Assembly (NCBI RefSeq): GCF_004010195.1
Contig: NC_057718.1
Coordinates: 8,600,494-8,664,493, forward strand
Source of the DNA: Chiloscyllium plagiosum
Taxonomy: Eukaryota
DNA length: 64,000 bases
Direction: 5' to 3'
In this document: positions 22,236 to 34,990 of the stretch, in pieces
How the letters are laid out: each line of letters begins with the position of its first letter
Position numbering within the stretch: position 1 is the first letter of the stretch
Notes under the pieces: generated by a model
Database searches by the model: none
What the model saw: the letters and a program-made list of their open reading frames with translations, nothing else
Told to the model about the DNA's origin: nothing
Position numbers and translations under genes: made by a program

Positions 22236-22459
22236 ATGTGGGCTCCCATCCCTTAGGACTTTAGGACTGAAATGCTGAACATTTACCTTTATTTCTTCAT
22301 TTTTCTATTTTATACCTAAGATTTTTTATTGAGGTACATTTGTACCTAAGATGGCACCAGAAATGGCGACTTTGTATATTTTTCACTGTACTCCTGTCTC
22401 CCTATTCTTGAGTATATGTGACAATTTGGTGTAAGGATAGTAATCTCTCCCTTTTTTTA

Positions 22460-23240
22460 GCAAAACTAAAGAGCTGATCATCAAATTCAGGAAGCAAAGA
22501 GGAGGACAGGCCCCGGTTTCCATCAATGGAGCTGAGGTAGAGATGGTCGAGAGCACCAAGTTCCTCGGAGTGACAATCTGACCTGGTCCAAACACTTTGA
22601 TGCAACGGTCAAGAAAGCACAACAATGCTCTTTTTCCTTAGGAGGCTAAGGAACTTCAGCGTGTCTATAAGGACCCTCACCAATTTTTATAGATGCACCA
22701 CAGAAAACATTCTTTCCAAATGGATCACGGCTTGGTATGGCAACTGCTCTCAGGATGGCAAGAAACTACAGAGAGTTGTGAACACAGCCCAGTCCATCAC
22801 ATAAGCCAACCTTCCATTCATTGCCTCCATCTACACTTTCCACTGCCAACATCATCAAAAACCCCTCCCTCCCCGATTATAATTCCCTCCAACCTCTTCG
22901 GTCAGGCAGAAGATACAAAAGCTTAAACACACGCACCAACAGATTCAAGAACAGTTCTTTCCTTCTGTTATTTGACTCATGAACAGACCGCTCAATTTAA
23001 AACCTAATAGCGATCTTGCTTTTGTGCACCTTCTTTCCAGCCATAATCTTGAGTCCCTCGCTCTGTTCAAAGGGCTTATGCCCGAAACGTCGATTCTCCT
23101 GTTCCTTGGATGCTGCCTGGCCTGCTGCGCTTTTCCAGCAACACATTTTCAGCTGTGATCTTTGTATGGTATGACCGACCGCATGCAAAACAAAACTTTT
23201 CACTGTACTTAGGCATGTGACAATAATAAATCAAATCAAA
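22460..23240 (+). mobile_element. Rex1/Babar-like non-LTR 3' fragment, interrupted by a PLE family A piece at 23069-23155
   Basis: Remnants KTKELII.FRK, INGAEVE.VE..KFLGV, VKKAQQ.LFFLRRL, NFYRCT.E.IL..WITAWYGNCS; 3' end TTTTCACTGTAC..GTGACAATAATAAATCAAATC. Confidence 0.8.
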
Positions 23241-23704
23241 GCAATAAGTCTAACTTTAATTCTAATTCGAAATTTGATGGGAACATCAACTCACTGAAGA
23301 TAAAGAGGCTAGGGGCTACATTGTAAGAGTGAGTAGAGACAATAATAGTGGAATTTACAATATCAGTGGAAGTATAAAGCAAGGGGCAGCCAGTGATTTT
23401 CTTTCCAACTCCCACCTGCTGTGATATCCTTTATTATTGAAATCACACCCACTCTAATCACACAAGGTAATTTCAAAGCTCCCTGAAGCATATGCAGAAA
23501 ATTAAGTAATAAGGATGAGTTAGCTTTGATGGTTGGTTTGAAATACAGACTGATACCAATAGAGTGGGTTCAATTCTTCCACCGGCTGAGGTTACCAGGA
23601 AGGACTCTCCTTTTCAACCTCTCCCTTCGCCTGAGGTGTGGTGGCCCTAATGTTAAAACACCACCAGCAGTCTCCCTCTTGTTCTTTGATAAGGGAATGG
23701 GACT

Positions 23705-24923
23705 TTGAGAAAATGAGGACTGCATGTGCTGGAGAGTCAGAATCAAAAAGGGTGGTGCTGGAAAAGCACAGCAGGTCAGGCAGCATCAGAGGAGCAAGAG
23801 AGTCAACGTTTCTGGCATAAGCCCTTCATCAGGAATGGGGAGGTGGGGGCTGGTGATGAAAAGGGCTGAGAGATAAATAGGAGGGTGGGGGTGAGGTTGA
23901 GGGTGAGGTAGCTGGAGGTGGTGAAGGGGGCNNNNNNNNNNNNNNNNNNNNNNNNNNNNNNNNNNNNNNNNNNNNNNNNNNNNNNNNNNNNNNNNNNNNN
24001 NNNNNNNNNNNNNNNNNNNNNNNNNNNNNNNNNNNNNNNNNNNNNNNNNNNNNNNNNNNNNNNNNNNNNNNNNNNNNNNNNNNNNNNNNNNNNNNNNNNN
24101 NNNNNNNNNNNNNNNNNNNNNNNNNNNNNNNNNNNNNNNNNNNNNNNNNNNNNNNNNNNNNNNNNNNNNNNNNNNNNNNNNNNNNNNNNNNNNNNNNNNN
24201 NNNNNNNNNNNNNNNNNNNNNNNNNNNNNNNNNNNNNNNNNNNNNNNNNNNNNNNNNNNNNNNNNNNNNNNNNNNNNNNNNNNNNNNNNNNNNNNNNNNN
24301 NNNNNNNNNNNNNNNNNNNNNNNNNNNNNNNNNNNNNNNNNNNNNNNNNNNNNNNNNNNNNNNNNNNNNNNNNNNNNNNNNNNNNNNNNNNNNNNNNNNN
24401 NNNNNNNNNNNNNNNNNNNNNNNNNNNNNNNNNNNNNNNNNNNNNNNNNNNNNNNNNNNNNNNNNNNNNNNNNNNNNNNNNNNNNNNNNNNNNNNNNNNN
24501 NNNNNNNNNNNNNNNNNNNNNNNNNNNNNNNNNNNNNNNNNNNNNNNNNNNNNNNNNNNNNNNNNNNNNNNNNNNNNNNNNNNNNNNNNNNNNNNNNNNN
24601 NNNNNNNNNNNNNNNNNNNNNNNNNNNNNNNNNNNNNNNNNNNNNNNNNNNNNNNNNNNNNNNNNNNNNNNNNNNNNNNNNNNNNNNNNNNNNNNNNNNN
24701 NNNNNNNNNNNNNNNNNNNNNNNNNNNNNNNNNNNNNNNNNNNNNNNNNNNNNNNNNNNNNNNNNNNNNNNNNNNNNNNNNNNNNNNNNNNNNNNNNNNN
24801 NNNNNGGTGAGGTAGCTGGGAAGTCGACAGGTAGATGCAGATGTGGGGTGATTGGGATAGGTCGGTGGGAAAGGTGGAATGGATAGGTGGGAAGAAAGAT
24901 GGACAAGTGGGTCAGGTCAAGAG
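23705..24923 (-). mobile_element. PLE family A 3' end with hammerhead core, spanning gap N 23932-24805
   Basis: Minus-strand ATTC-CTGATGA-AGGGCTTATGCCA-GAAA-CGTT at 23805-23836; flanking repeat GGGACT at 23699-23704 and 24924-24929. Confidence 0.7.
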
Positions 24924-25004
24924 GGGACTATAATGATTTTATGTTTTACCAGTGATTTCTTTTGATACAGGTATTTCCAGAGTGACTGTCTGTTAGAGGG
25001 ATCA

Positions 25005-25272
25005 CTCTTTGAGAAGATTTGTAGCTCAGGTTGAGGTTCTGAATGTAGGTTTGCTTGTTGGGGTGGAAGGTTTATTTTCAGACATTTCGTCACCATACTA
25101 GGTAAAATCGTCAGTGAGCCTCCGGACGAAGCAGTGCTGATGATTCCTGCTTTCTATTTATATGTTTGGGTTTCTTTGGGGTTGGTGATGTTATTTCCTG
25201 AGATGATGTCATTTTCTATGGTGATGGGGCAGTAAATCAGGTCCAAGTCAAAGAACAGGAAATGATATCATC
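25005..25272 (-). mobile_element. PLE family D terminal region
   Basis: Reverse complement of 60240-60485; core CTGACGA..GGTGAC-GAAA-TGTC at ~25081-25114(-). Confidence 0.8.
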
Positions 25273-25329
25273 ATACGAGCTTTACAATGCTCTGGGCTCA
25301 AGTCCCACTTTAAGGAATGAGCATGGAAA

Positions 25330-25580
25330 TTGACACTGGAAGAGATGCTGTCATTCAGATGCAGCATTAAGCCAAGGGCCCCCATCTATGTCTTTGCATC
25401 ACTGTGAAAGATCTCTTGACACTATTTTGAGAGACGGCCAAGGAGCTATCCTTAATTTCAACAAACATCATTAAAAGAGATTGCAGTATCTCAAGTTCAG
25501 CTGAAACCTAGTGTTTGTCCCAAAACATTGAGTTGCCATGTGTGAAACAGAATTCCTATTCAATACAGTAATGTAACTTC
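25330..25580 (+). mobile_element. DeuSINE-like remnant; related remnants at ~42600-42735 plus 43385-43430, and 57520-57815
   Basis: GATGCTGTCATTCAGATG..TTAAGCCAAGG..GTGAAAGATCTCTTGACACTATTTTGA resembles the Deu core as recalled; highly decayed. Confidence 0.5.
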
Positions 25581-25754
25581 CTGGCTCCTTGGGCTGTGTG
25601 CTTATTCTCTTACCAATGCAATCTTATCCTGTAGCCTGAATAGTCTGACTGATTCTTGATCCCACCAATCCCACCTGTCCAAAAGCTGGCAAAATCCGAA
25701 ATCTGGCATGGACTCAAGTCTGGAATTTCTCGCTTTGAGACGCAATATTTTGTT

Positions 25755-26095
25755 ATTTGATATGGAAAGGTTGTTTTCCCTAGTGCGAGAGTCTAGGCCC
25801 CAAGGGCATAATGTCAGAATAAGTATTGGTCCTCAAGATAGAGGTGAGGAGGAATTTCTTCTCTCAGAGGGGGAGGAGTATGTGGAATTCTTTACCCCGG
25901 AGGGCTGTTGAAGCTGGGTTGTCTAATATATTCAAGGCAGGATTCATATAAATGAATTTTTAATCAGCAAGGGAATCAAGGGGTATAGGGAAAAGGCAGA
26001 AAATTAATGATTAGCAACTAATTCATAATCTCATCGAATGGAAGAGCAATCTCAATGGGCTGAATGGCCTCCTTCTGTTCCTGTGTCTCTTGAGC
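25755..26095 (+). mobile_element. CR1 3' fragment
   Basis: RLFSLVRESRP.GHN remnant and ATGGGCTGAATGGCCT 3'UTR. Confidence 0.8.
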
Positions 26096-26429
26096 TTCAC
26101 TCCTGGTAATGCCTGGTCCATATTATAATGGTCACATGACTATAACAGACCAGGAAGGACATGTTTGTACATGGTTCCATTTCAGTTCAAACGGCACTGC
26201 TGGTCTCTGATTGATTGACAGCTCTTGGTTGTCAGGGTTTCTGGCTACAAGGTCCTTGATTCCAGAGAAGACCCACTGCTGGGCCTTGGTGACACTCATT
26301 CAGTGGGAAACCCCTCAGATAAGTTGATGAATAATAGATGGGAAAAAAAATTAGCCTGAGGTGGAAGCCTTGAGTCTGTACTCGAAGGAGTCTAGAAAGA
26401 TGGGTGGGGAAAGTGGGGGGGGTTCTCAT

Positions 26430-26765
26430 TGAAATGTACAGAATGCGTAAGAAATGTTTCCACTGGGATAGGAGGGCACAACCTCAGAGTGAAGGGGCAA
26501 CCCTTTCGAATTGAGATGAGGAGGAATATCTTCAGCCAAAGGGTAGTTCATCTGTGGAACCTTTTGCCACTGAAGGCTGTGGAAGTGAGGTCATTGAGTA
26601 TATTTAAGACAGAGATAGATAGGTTCTTGATTGGTAAGGGGAATCAAGGGTTACGTAGAGAAGGCAGGCGAATGGGGTTGACAAACATATCAGTCATGAT
26701 CGAATGGCAGAGCAGACTCAATGGGCCGAATGGCCTAATTCGACTCCTCTATCTTATGGTCTTAT
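26430..26765 (+). mobile_element. CR1 3' fragment
   Basis: GHNLRVKGQPFRIEMRRNIFSQRVVHLWNLLP; (TCTTATGG) tail. Confidence 0.88.
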
Positions 26766-27214
26766 ACTTACTTTGTCTATGATTGTTCATCAGTCTACAG
26801 CTGAGGACATTTTCCTCCACAAAGCGCTGTTACAAGCACAAACAGGACTGTTCACATCTTCAGGATCAATTGTGATGAAATAGATCTCTTTTCTTCATAT
26901 CAATGGGTTGGTGATTCAATGAATAATGTAACAATTTGTTGTCTTTTCCATCTGTGTAAAGGTGTGAGAATGAAACATGTAAGGACATGGAGAATATCTT
27001 GCACGATGGCAATCAGGGAAATTAAATCGAAGTTATCAAGATTGAGAGTGGAAATGGCCTTCTTTTCCATGGCTGATAGCACAGCGGAGCACAGATAGAA
27101 TCTGTGTTGGGGGATGCGGGGGCAGGAAGGAAAACAACATTGACACAATGAAATGTCAGGAGAACATTACACTTCAAATATTTTACCCTCTTATTTATGC
27201 CTCATGCTGCTTAT

Positions 27215-27825
27215 CATTGAGTCGAAAAGATGTACAGCATGGAAACAGACCCTTCAGTCCAATTCATCATCATGATGAAATATCCTAAATTAATCAAGTT
27301 CCATTTGCCAGCATTTGACACATATCCCTCTAAACCCTTCCTATTTATGTGTCCATCTAGATACCTTTTTTAAGTGTTGTGATTGTACCAGCCTCGACCA
27401 CTTCCTTTGGCAGCTCATTCCATACACTCTCTGCATGGAACAATTGCCCCTTAGGTCCATTGTAAGTATTTCCCTTCTCACCTTAAATTTCTAGTTTTGA
27501 ACTCCCCAGCCCCAGGGAGAATACCTTGTCTATTTATCCTATCCATGCCCCTCATGGTTTTGGAAATCTCTATAAGGGCATTCCTCAGCGTCCAATGCTC
27601 CCAAGGAAAACAGCCCCAGCCTATTCAGCCTCTCTCCACAGCTCAAACCCTCTAATACTGGCAATATCCTTGTAAATCTTGCTGAACCCTTTCAAGTTTA
27701 ATAGGAACATAGGAACAGCAAAAGGCCATTCAGTCCCTTGAGACTGTTCTGTCAATCACTGAGATTATAGCCTCACTCCATAAACCTGCCTTTGGCTTAA
27801 ATCCTAAATACCTTCACCTAACAAA
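27215..27825 (-). mobile_element. Two adjacent CR1 3' fragments
   Basis: 3'UTR motifs GATGTACAGCATGGAAACAGACCCTTC and GGCCATTCAGTCCC. Confidence 0.8.
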
Positions 27826-27854
27826 GAAATTAACTGTTGTCACAGTGGATGATG

Positions 27855-29045
27855 TGGAGGTGTCAGTGTTGGACTGGGGTGGACAAAGTTAAAAATCACA
27901 CAACATTTGGTTATAGTCCAACAGGTTTATTTGGAAGTACTAGCTTTCGGAGCCACGCTCCTTCAACAGGTAACTAGTGGAGTAGGATCATAAGACACAG
28001 AATTTAAAGCAAAAAATCAAAGTATCATGCAATTGATACAATATATTGAACAAACCTAGATTGTTGTTAAGTCTTTCATCTTTTGGAATGAGTTGCAAGT
28101 ATTGTTGCATTAATATGTAAATCCCAGAACTACTTCCAAGTCACATTCACGAGAAAACTCATGGATTGGATGCTAGGAAATTGTTTCCGTTAGGCGAGGA
28201 GACTAGGACCCGTGGACACAGCCTTAGAATTAGAGGGGGTAAATTCAGAACAGAAATGCGGAGACATTTCTTCAGCCAGAGAGTGGTGGGCCTGTGGAAT
28301 TCATTGCCGCAGAGTGTAGTGGAGGCTGGGACGCTAAATGTCTTCAAGGCAGAAATTGATAAATTCTTGATGTCACAAGGAATTAAGGGCTATGGGGAGA
28401 ATGGTAAGTGGAGTTGAAATGCCCATCAGCCATGATTGAATGGCGGAGTGGACTCGATGGGCCGAATGGACTTACTTCCGCTCCTATGTCTTATGGTCTT
28501 ATGGTCTTATGGTCTTATGGTTTTAATTTTTTAAAAAGTGACATCTCAGCTCAGATAATGCATTCAAAGTGTGAAATTAGAGTCTGTCTGTATTCCAATC
28601 TTGAGTCAGACTGGTTCTATTTCCAAAGTAGGAATTTATATAATGTTACATGGATTGACTGCCTGCAGGTTGTGCGCTTTTTGAACAAAAGTAGAATGTA
28701 TCTGCAAATACAATTCTGCAAATGCAAATTCACCCCATAGACGTATAGGTGTCTCTGCGTTCATTTGGGGGGGGGGGGGGGAAGAGAGAGAGAGAAAGAG
28801 TGTTTGTGTGTGTGTACATGTGTGGGAGAGAGTGTGAGTGTATGCAAGTGAGTGTGTATGTGTGTGCATGCTTGGGAGAGTGTGTGCATGCTCTTACATA
28901 CTCACACATTCACACAGACCGTCTCTCATACACATGCTGTCTGTCAGACACACATACATATACCCTACACACACAGACACACGTGCACACCCTCTCACAG
29001 GCTTATACTCTGTCACACTCATGCACACATTCTACCAACCAACTA
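27855..29045 (-). mobile_element. PLE family B copy with a short inverted arm, interrupted by a CR1 3' fragment (28159-28520, +)
   Basis: Colinear with 9931-10590; hammerhead-like core at 27938-27972(-); the CR1 insert has GHSLRIRGGKFRTEMRRHFFSQRVVGLWNSLP and a (TCTTATGG)n tail. Confidence 0.85.
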
Positions 29046-29529
29046 ACTATTCTGAGCATATTTTCCAGGACTTCAGCCATAACCTTATATGCCTTGGCAT
29101 TGCAAGTGCACATGTAAATAGTTCTGAAATGTGATGAGGGTTTCTGTCTCCACTACCCCTACAGGCAGCGAGTTCCAGATTCCCACCATCCAAGATTCCT
29201 CATTACATCTCCTCGAAAACCTCTGGCCATTTCCTTAAATCTCTGCCCCATCAAAGTCAACGGTTTCTTCCTGACTACCCCATCTATTCTGTTTCATTCA
29301 AGCAACATCCTGGCAAATCTCTACTGCACCCTTTCCAGCGCTATCGCAAACTTCCTTTAATGTGAATTTCACACAATACCACCGCCGTAACCGAACCAAC
29401 ATTTTATACTGTTCCACCATCGCCCTGCTTTTAAACTGTGTGCCTCAACCAATAGTCAAGTGTACCTATGGCTTCTTAAACATTTGATGCACTTGCCTTG
29501 ATAGCTTAAGGGACAGGTGTGAAAACTGT

Positions 29530-30520
29530 TAACAATTTTTTTGGATGCACTATAGAAAACATTATATTTGATGCATCCTGGCTTGGTATGGCAAGTGCAG
29601 AAACTGCAGGGAGTTGTGAACACAACCCAGTCCATCACACAAACCAGCCTCCCATCCATTGACCCCATCTACATTTCTCACTGCCTCAGGAAGGCAGCCA
29701 CCATCATCAAAAACTCCACTCCCCAGTTATGAGATGTTATGAAACTTGAAAGTGTTCAGAAAAAACTTACAAGGATGTTGCCAGGGTTGGAGGATTTGAG
29801 CTACAGGGAGAGGCTGAACAGGCTGGGGCTGCTTTCTCTGGAGTGTCAGAGGCTGAGGGGTGACCTTATAGAGGTTTACAAAATTATGAGGGGGATGGAT
29901 AGGATAAATAGACAAAGTCTTTTCTCTGGGGTCAGGGAGTCCAGCACAAGACGGCATAGGTTTAGGGTGAGAGGGGAAAGATATAAAAGAGGCCTAAGGG
30001 GCAACTTTTTCACGCAGAAGGTGGTACGCATGTGGAATGAGCTGCCAGAGGAAGTGGTGGAGGCTGGTACAATTGCAACATTTAAGAGGCATTTGGATGG
30101 GTATATGAATAGGAAGGGTTTGGAGGGATATGGGCCGGGTGCTGGCAGGTGGGACTTGATTGGTTTGAGATATCTGGTCGGCATGGACAGGTTGGGCCGA
30201 AGGGTCTGTTTCCATGCTGTACATCTCTATGACTCTATGATTCTATGAGAAGATACAAAAGTTTAAACACATACACTAACAGATTTAGGAACAGCTTCTT
30301 TCCCCTGTTATTAGACTTCTGAATGGGACATCTCAGATTTTAAATGTAATGTTGACCTTGCTCTTTTGTGCACCTTCTCTGAAGCCGTAACATTGTATTC
30401 CTCGCTCTGTTCTATTACTCTAATGCACTTTATACGGTATGACCCGCCTGTGTTGCACGCAAAACAAAACTTTTCACTGTATCTAGGTACAAGTGGCAAT
30501 AATAAATCAAATCAAATCAA
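29530..30520 (+). mobile_element. Rex1/Babar-like 3' fragment split by a CR1 3' fragment (29727-30247, +)
   Basis: Similar to 22680-23240 on both sides; CR1 ORF 29739-30248 KLESVQKKLTRMLPGLE.. with (CTATGA)n tail. Confidence 0.85.
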
Positions 30521-30829
30521 GTCAAGATCAGCTTGTGATTGGTGTATAATGTTACCACCAATCCTCCTTTGATCCTCCTAAGGGCCTATTGGAGGTCACA
30601 GATTGACCATTGCAGAGTCTTAACAAGAAGAGACACTTGTGCTGAGTGTATTGCATGGTAGAAATAGGTAAAAGTACATTGACTAGTTAGCTAGAACTAT
30701 TTAAGACTAGCAGGAACCAGAGAGAACACATCTGGCTGCACTGCAACCTTGTACTCAAATGCTCTTTTTCCTACCCACCATTGTCCTATGTCATCAGATT
30801 GGGTGGAGAAAATACAAGTTCAAAATTAC

Positions 30830-31650
30830 TCTTTCGGTCCCTGTGGAAGGCTGTCAAGGGAGTGGAGGGGAATATGTGCCTGGTGGTGGCATCTCGCTGG
30901 AAGTGGTGGAAATGGCAGCACTGGAAATGATGATCTTCTGGATGTGGATGCTGGCGGGATGGCAGTTGAGAACAAGGGGGACCCTGTCACTGTTGTGGGA
31001 GAGAAGGGACGGGGTAGAAGATAGAGGTGCAGGAGATGGGTCAGACCCGGCTGAGGGCTCTGCCAACTACGGGGCTGGGGAATCCTCAGTTCAAGGAAGA
31101 AGGTGGACATTTCGCAGGCTCCCTTGTCAAAGGTGGCATCATGGGAATAGCTGTGACAGAGATGGAGGACTTGGGAGAATGGAATAGAGTACTTACAGGT
31201 GTGAGGATGCATAGTCAAGGTAACTGTGGGAGTCAGCAAGGTTTGTGGTGGATATTGGTGGCCAGCCTATCCTCTGAAATGGAAACAAAGATGGCGAGGA
31301 TGAGAAGGGAGGAGTCAGAGATGGACTGACTAAAGTTCAGAGTGCAAATGAACTCAGCCAAGTGGAGGAGGGTGGCAGAGGATGGGGTCGGTTCAGGCCT
31401 TTTTTCCATGAAGAAGTGGAGAGCCCTGGGACCATCTTGATGGGGGATGAATGTGAAAGCGATTGCATGTCCATGGTAAAGAGGAGGCGGCTGGAGCCTG
31501 CAAACTGGACATTCTGATACTGACATAAAGCATCAGAGGAATCGTGGGTGTAAGTGGAAACTGACTGGACAAATGGAGAAAACTCTGAATTGAAGTTGGA
31601 AAAGATGGGTTCTGTGGGGCGGGAGCAGACAAAAACAATGGCAATCCTAT
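30830..31650 (-). mobile_element. PLE RT/linker fragment (decayed, catalytic core deleted)
   Basis: IPHQDG.RALHFF..LLHLAEFICTLNF, DRLATNIHHKP, HPHTCKYSIPFSQ, DRVPLVL..HP are characteristic PLE RT/thumb motifs. Confidence 0.8.
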
Positions 31651-32519
31651 TTATGAATTTCAGGAAGGAGGGGCTGTGCGGGGCTGGGGGACCATGAGCT
31701 TGGAGGCAGTGGGATGGAGAGGGAGATCACCAGGTGAAGTGAGGTCAGTGACCATTGTGCACACGAAAGCTTGGTGTTCCAAGGAACAGCCGCGGTCTCC
31801 AGCTCAGACTCACCCCACGCGGATCCCAACTCAAGTCTCATCCTTTGTGTTTTGAATCCACCCAGGATCACCGGTCATCATGCAATGTTTTTGTTCACAT
31901 CCTTTCCAAGTCTGGATTCGTAGCATTGTATGTTCCAACACTTCAAGCAAAAAGTGTCTTTTTGTACTTTTTGTGTTTAGGGTACCTGCATCCCACACAC
32001 ACTACCCCCCCCCCACCACCCCCCCCCCCCCCACCTCACCCTTCAGGCAATGGTCCTCGCCACCTTCAGAATAAAAATCATACCTCTTGAATCCAACCTG
32101 GATGTTTCACCAGGTGGATTGGGATGTGGGTCAAACAGTCTGCTTTACTTTGGATGGTGTGTGGCATCATGTGGAAGGTAGGGAACCTGTGGAATTCTTT
32201 ACTGCAGAGGATTGTTGAGACTGGGTCGTAATGCATATTCTACTCTGAGATAGACAGATTTTTAATCCGTAAGGTAGAAATTTTTGGATGTCAGATGAAT
32301 GTGACTGGTGTGATATCAATACATCTTCTTTCTTTCACTGCCAATTCACTGAGTCAGACAATTTCCTATTGCCTTTGCGATCTCCAATGTTGTAACCTAT
32401 AAAAACTCTTCTCTGTATTTTCTGAGCAGATCCCTCCCAACCCCCACCCTTTATATTATTCCTGCTCGGTGTTATGAATTCTGGCTATTTCAGTGCTGGG
32501 GCTGACCAGCTAGCACAAG

Positions 32520-32945
32520 GACACAAGAAATAGGATTAGGAGTAGACCATATGTCCCATTGAGCTTATCCAGCCAATCAAACTGATCATAACTAAGTCAT
32601 AGAGTCATAGAGATGTACAGCATGGAAACAGACCTTTTGGACTAAACTATCCATGCTGACCAGATATCCCAACCCAATCTAGTTCCACCTGCCATATCCC
32701 TCCAAATCCTTCCCATTCATATCTTTCCGATAGGAAGGAGACCAGAATTGCACGCAATATTCCAACAGTGGCCTAACCAATCTCCTGTACGGCCGCAACA
32801 TGACCTCCCAACTCCTGTACTCAATATTCTGACTGATAAAGGAAAGCATACCAGACGCCTGCCACTTCTCAGCCCAATGGCCCATCTGATCAAGATCCTG
32901 TTATAATCTGAGGTAACCCTCTTCGCTGTCCACTACACCTCCAGC
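32520..32945 (-). mobile_element. CR1 fragments, multiply deleted
   Basis: IEYRSWEVMLR..RPLLEYCVQFWSPSYRKD; (CTATGACT) tail near 32595. Confidence 0.85.
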
Positions 32946-33961
32946 TTGGCAGTCAACACACCTTCCCCTCAACGTTCGAATATTCAAAGTCAACTTCAGC
33001 TGAATTTCACTTCTACAAGTTCCAGAGTTCCAACATGCTGCAGAGCTGATATTTTGACGCCTCAGTCTCTGCCAGGTATGCCATAACCTGGTGGCAAAGC
33101 ATTGGTAGGACAGGGCGACAAAATATTAATTTTTTTAGTCCTTTACAGAAGACCTTTACTGGAAGAAATTATGAAGGTCATTAGCTTCAGACAGGCTATT
33201 TGTTTACTAAGCACAACGAGTATGACAGGGGAAAAAATTGCATTTTGAAATGTAGCCGCTATTTTCATTTTCATTTAAATTTACTAATGTGTTATGAATA
33301 CTTACAGAATCTACAATTTTTTGAGGGAAATTTCAGTCAGGTTTATATGTGCAGGAAAGTTTGGATCATTATCAAAACGTGGAGGAAATCATCAGTTTAA
33401 ATGTTTGTTTGTTTTCTGTCTTCAGGAACACTATTCCATGGATAGTTAACATAAATTAAATTGCAAACAAACATTTTTTTAACTATTTCTTGGTCTTTGG
33501 TTCAGTAACTCGCACACAAAACCAATGTATAATAACTGCAAAAGATGCTCCTATAAGTTACATGCAGAGATTTATAATATTTTTAAATTAAGCTCTGTGC
33601 ATTTAGTACCATTCTCCAGCTCTCTATCTGCCATCCATTCATAGGAACACAGTTCCTTTATATGGCTTCATAATAAAATATTGCATTCTTTCAGGGGCTT
33701 CCTGAGCTGCTGAGTGGACGAATGAGGTTCTCCCACATGACAGGAACAGGAAGTAGGTATAGGAAGAAATTAAAACAGCTGTTGAGTCTTCTCTACCTTT
33801 CAAGACAATCTTATCTCGGGCCCCACTTTCCCATCTGCTCTTGATATCCCATGATCCTTTGAGAGATCAAACATCTGTCTATTCAAGCCTTAAATTGATT
33901 CAATGCTAGAGCTTCCAAAAATCTCTGTGTGGAAAATTCCAAAAATTTACCTTCCTTGGAT

Positions 33962-34252
33962 ATAAGTTAGCTCACTGAGCTGGAAGGTTTATTTTCAGAC
34001 GTTTTGACACCATACTAAGTAACATCATCAGTGAGCCTCCAGTGAACTACTGGTGTCAGTGACCTGGTTTCTATTTAAGTGTTTAGGTTTCCTTGGGTTG
34101 GTGGCATCATTTCCTGTGGTGATGTCATTTCCTGTGGTGATGTCATTTCTTGTTCTTTTTCTCAGAGGGTGGCAAATGGGGTCCAAGTCAAATGGGGTCC
34201 ATCTCAACGAACATATTGACTTGGACCCCATTTACCACCCTCTGAGAAAAAG
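33962..34252 (-). mobile_element. PLE family D terminal region with short inverted arm, nested in a CR1 remnant
   Basis: Homologous to 25005-25272 and 60240-60485; 36-bp inverted repeat 34156-34191 / 34216-34251. Confidence 0.8.
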
Positions 34253-34599
34253 ATTCTTTACAGCACAGGACAGTTGAGGTTGGGTCTTTAAGTATATTCA
34301 AGGTTGAGTTAATGGTTTTTAATCATTACGAGAATCAAGCGTTATAAGGAAAACGCAGGAAAATAGAATTGAAGATTATCAGGTCAACCATGATCTCATT
34401 CAATGGCAGAGCAAACTTGATGGGCTGAATGGCCAACGTCTACTCTTGCATTTCGTGGTCTTATCATCTTATGAGATATAGTGCCTCCTTTCCATTCCAA
34501 TACCCTTTTCACATAATAGATTTATCATTAATAATGCTTTATAACCTCTTCCAATAGCATGTATTTTGACATTTCCAGTGTATGTGATATTCTAGGAAC

Positions 34600-34990
34600 A
34601 TTTGTCCTTCCTCAACAGAAAAGGATAAGTAACTATTCAAGGAGATTGAATGGGTGAGTATCGAACGTCTTCATTGTCTTTGAAGGTTATGCAAGATAAA
34701 ATGGACAATACCATAAATTTAGTTTATTTGGACAAACTGCAAAATCTTACACTGGTCTTCATGAGAAACTATTAATTAAACTAAAAGTTATATGAAGCAA
34801 GGGTAGAACATTAAATAGACTAAAGAATTGATTATACAATAGAAAACTGAAGACATTTTGAAGAAATGTGATTTTAGTCTTATGGAAGTATTGAGTGGCA
34901 AGTCCCAGGTGTCAATGCTTAGCCAACCTTGGCTCTAATCTGCGATAATGACATGACCTACCAGAACATTATAAGATTATCAATTCTGAT
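34600..34990 (+). mobile_element. Very old CR1-like RT remnant
   Basis: Faint VYLD..HEKLLIKL..L.NRK...EVLSG..Q.S.L motif order. Confidence 0.5.

Noticed and set aside
23803..24906. Long ORFs of 322-367 aa (likewise 7013-7476 and 46924-47474)
   Set aside because: They are open only because they cross N gaps.
32005..32042. Poly-proline coding stretch
   Set aside because: Simple poly-C tract with no coding support.
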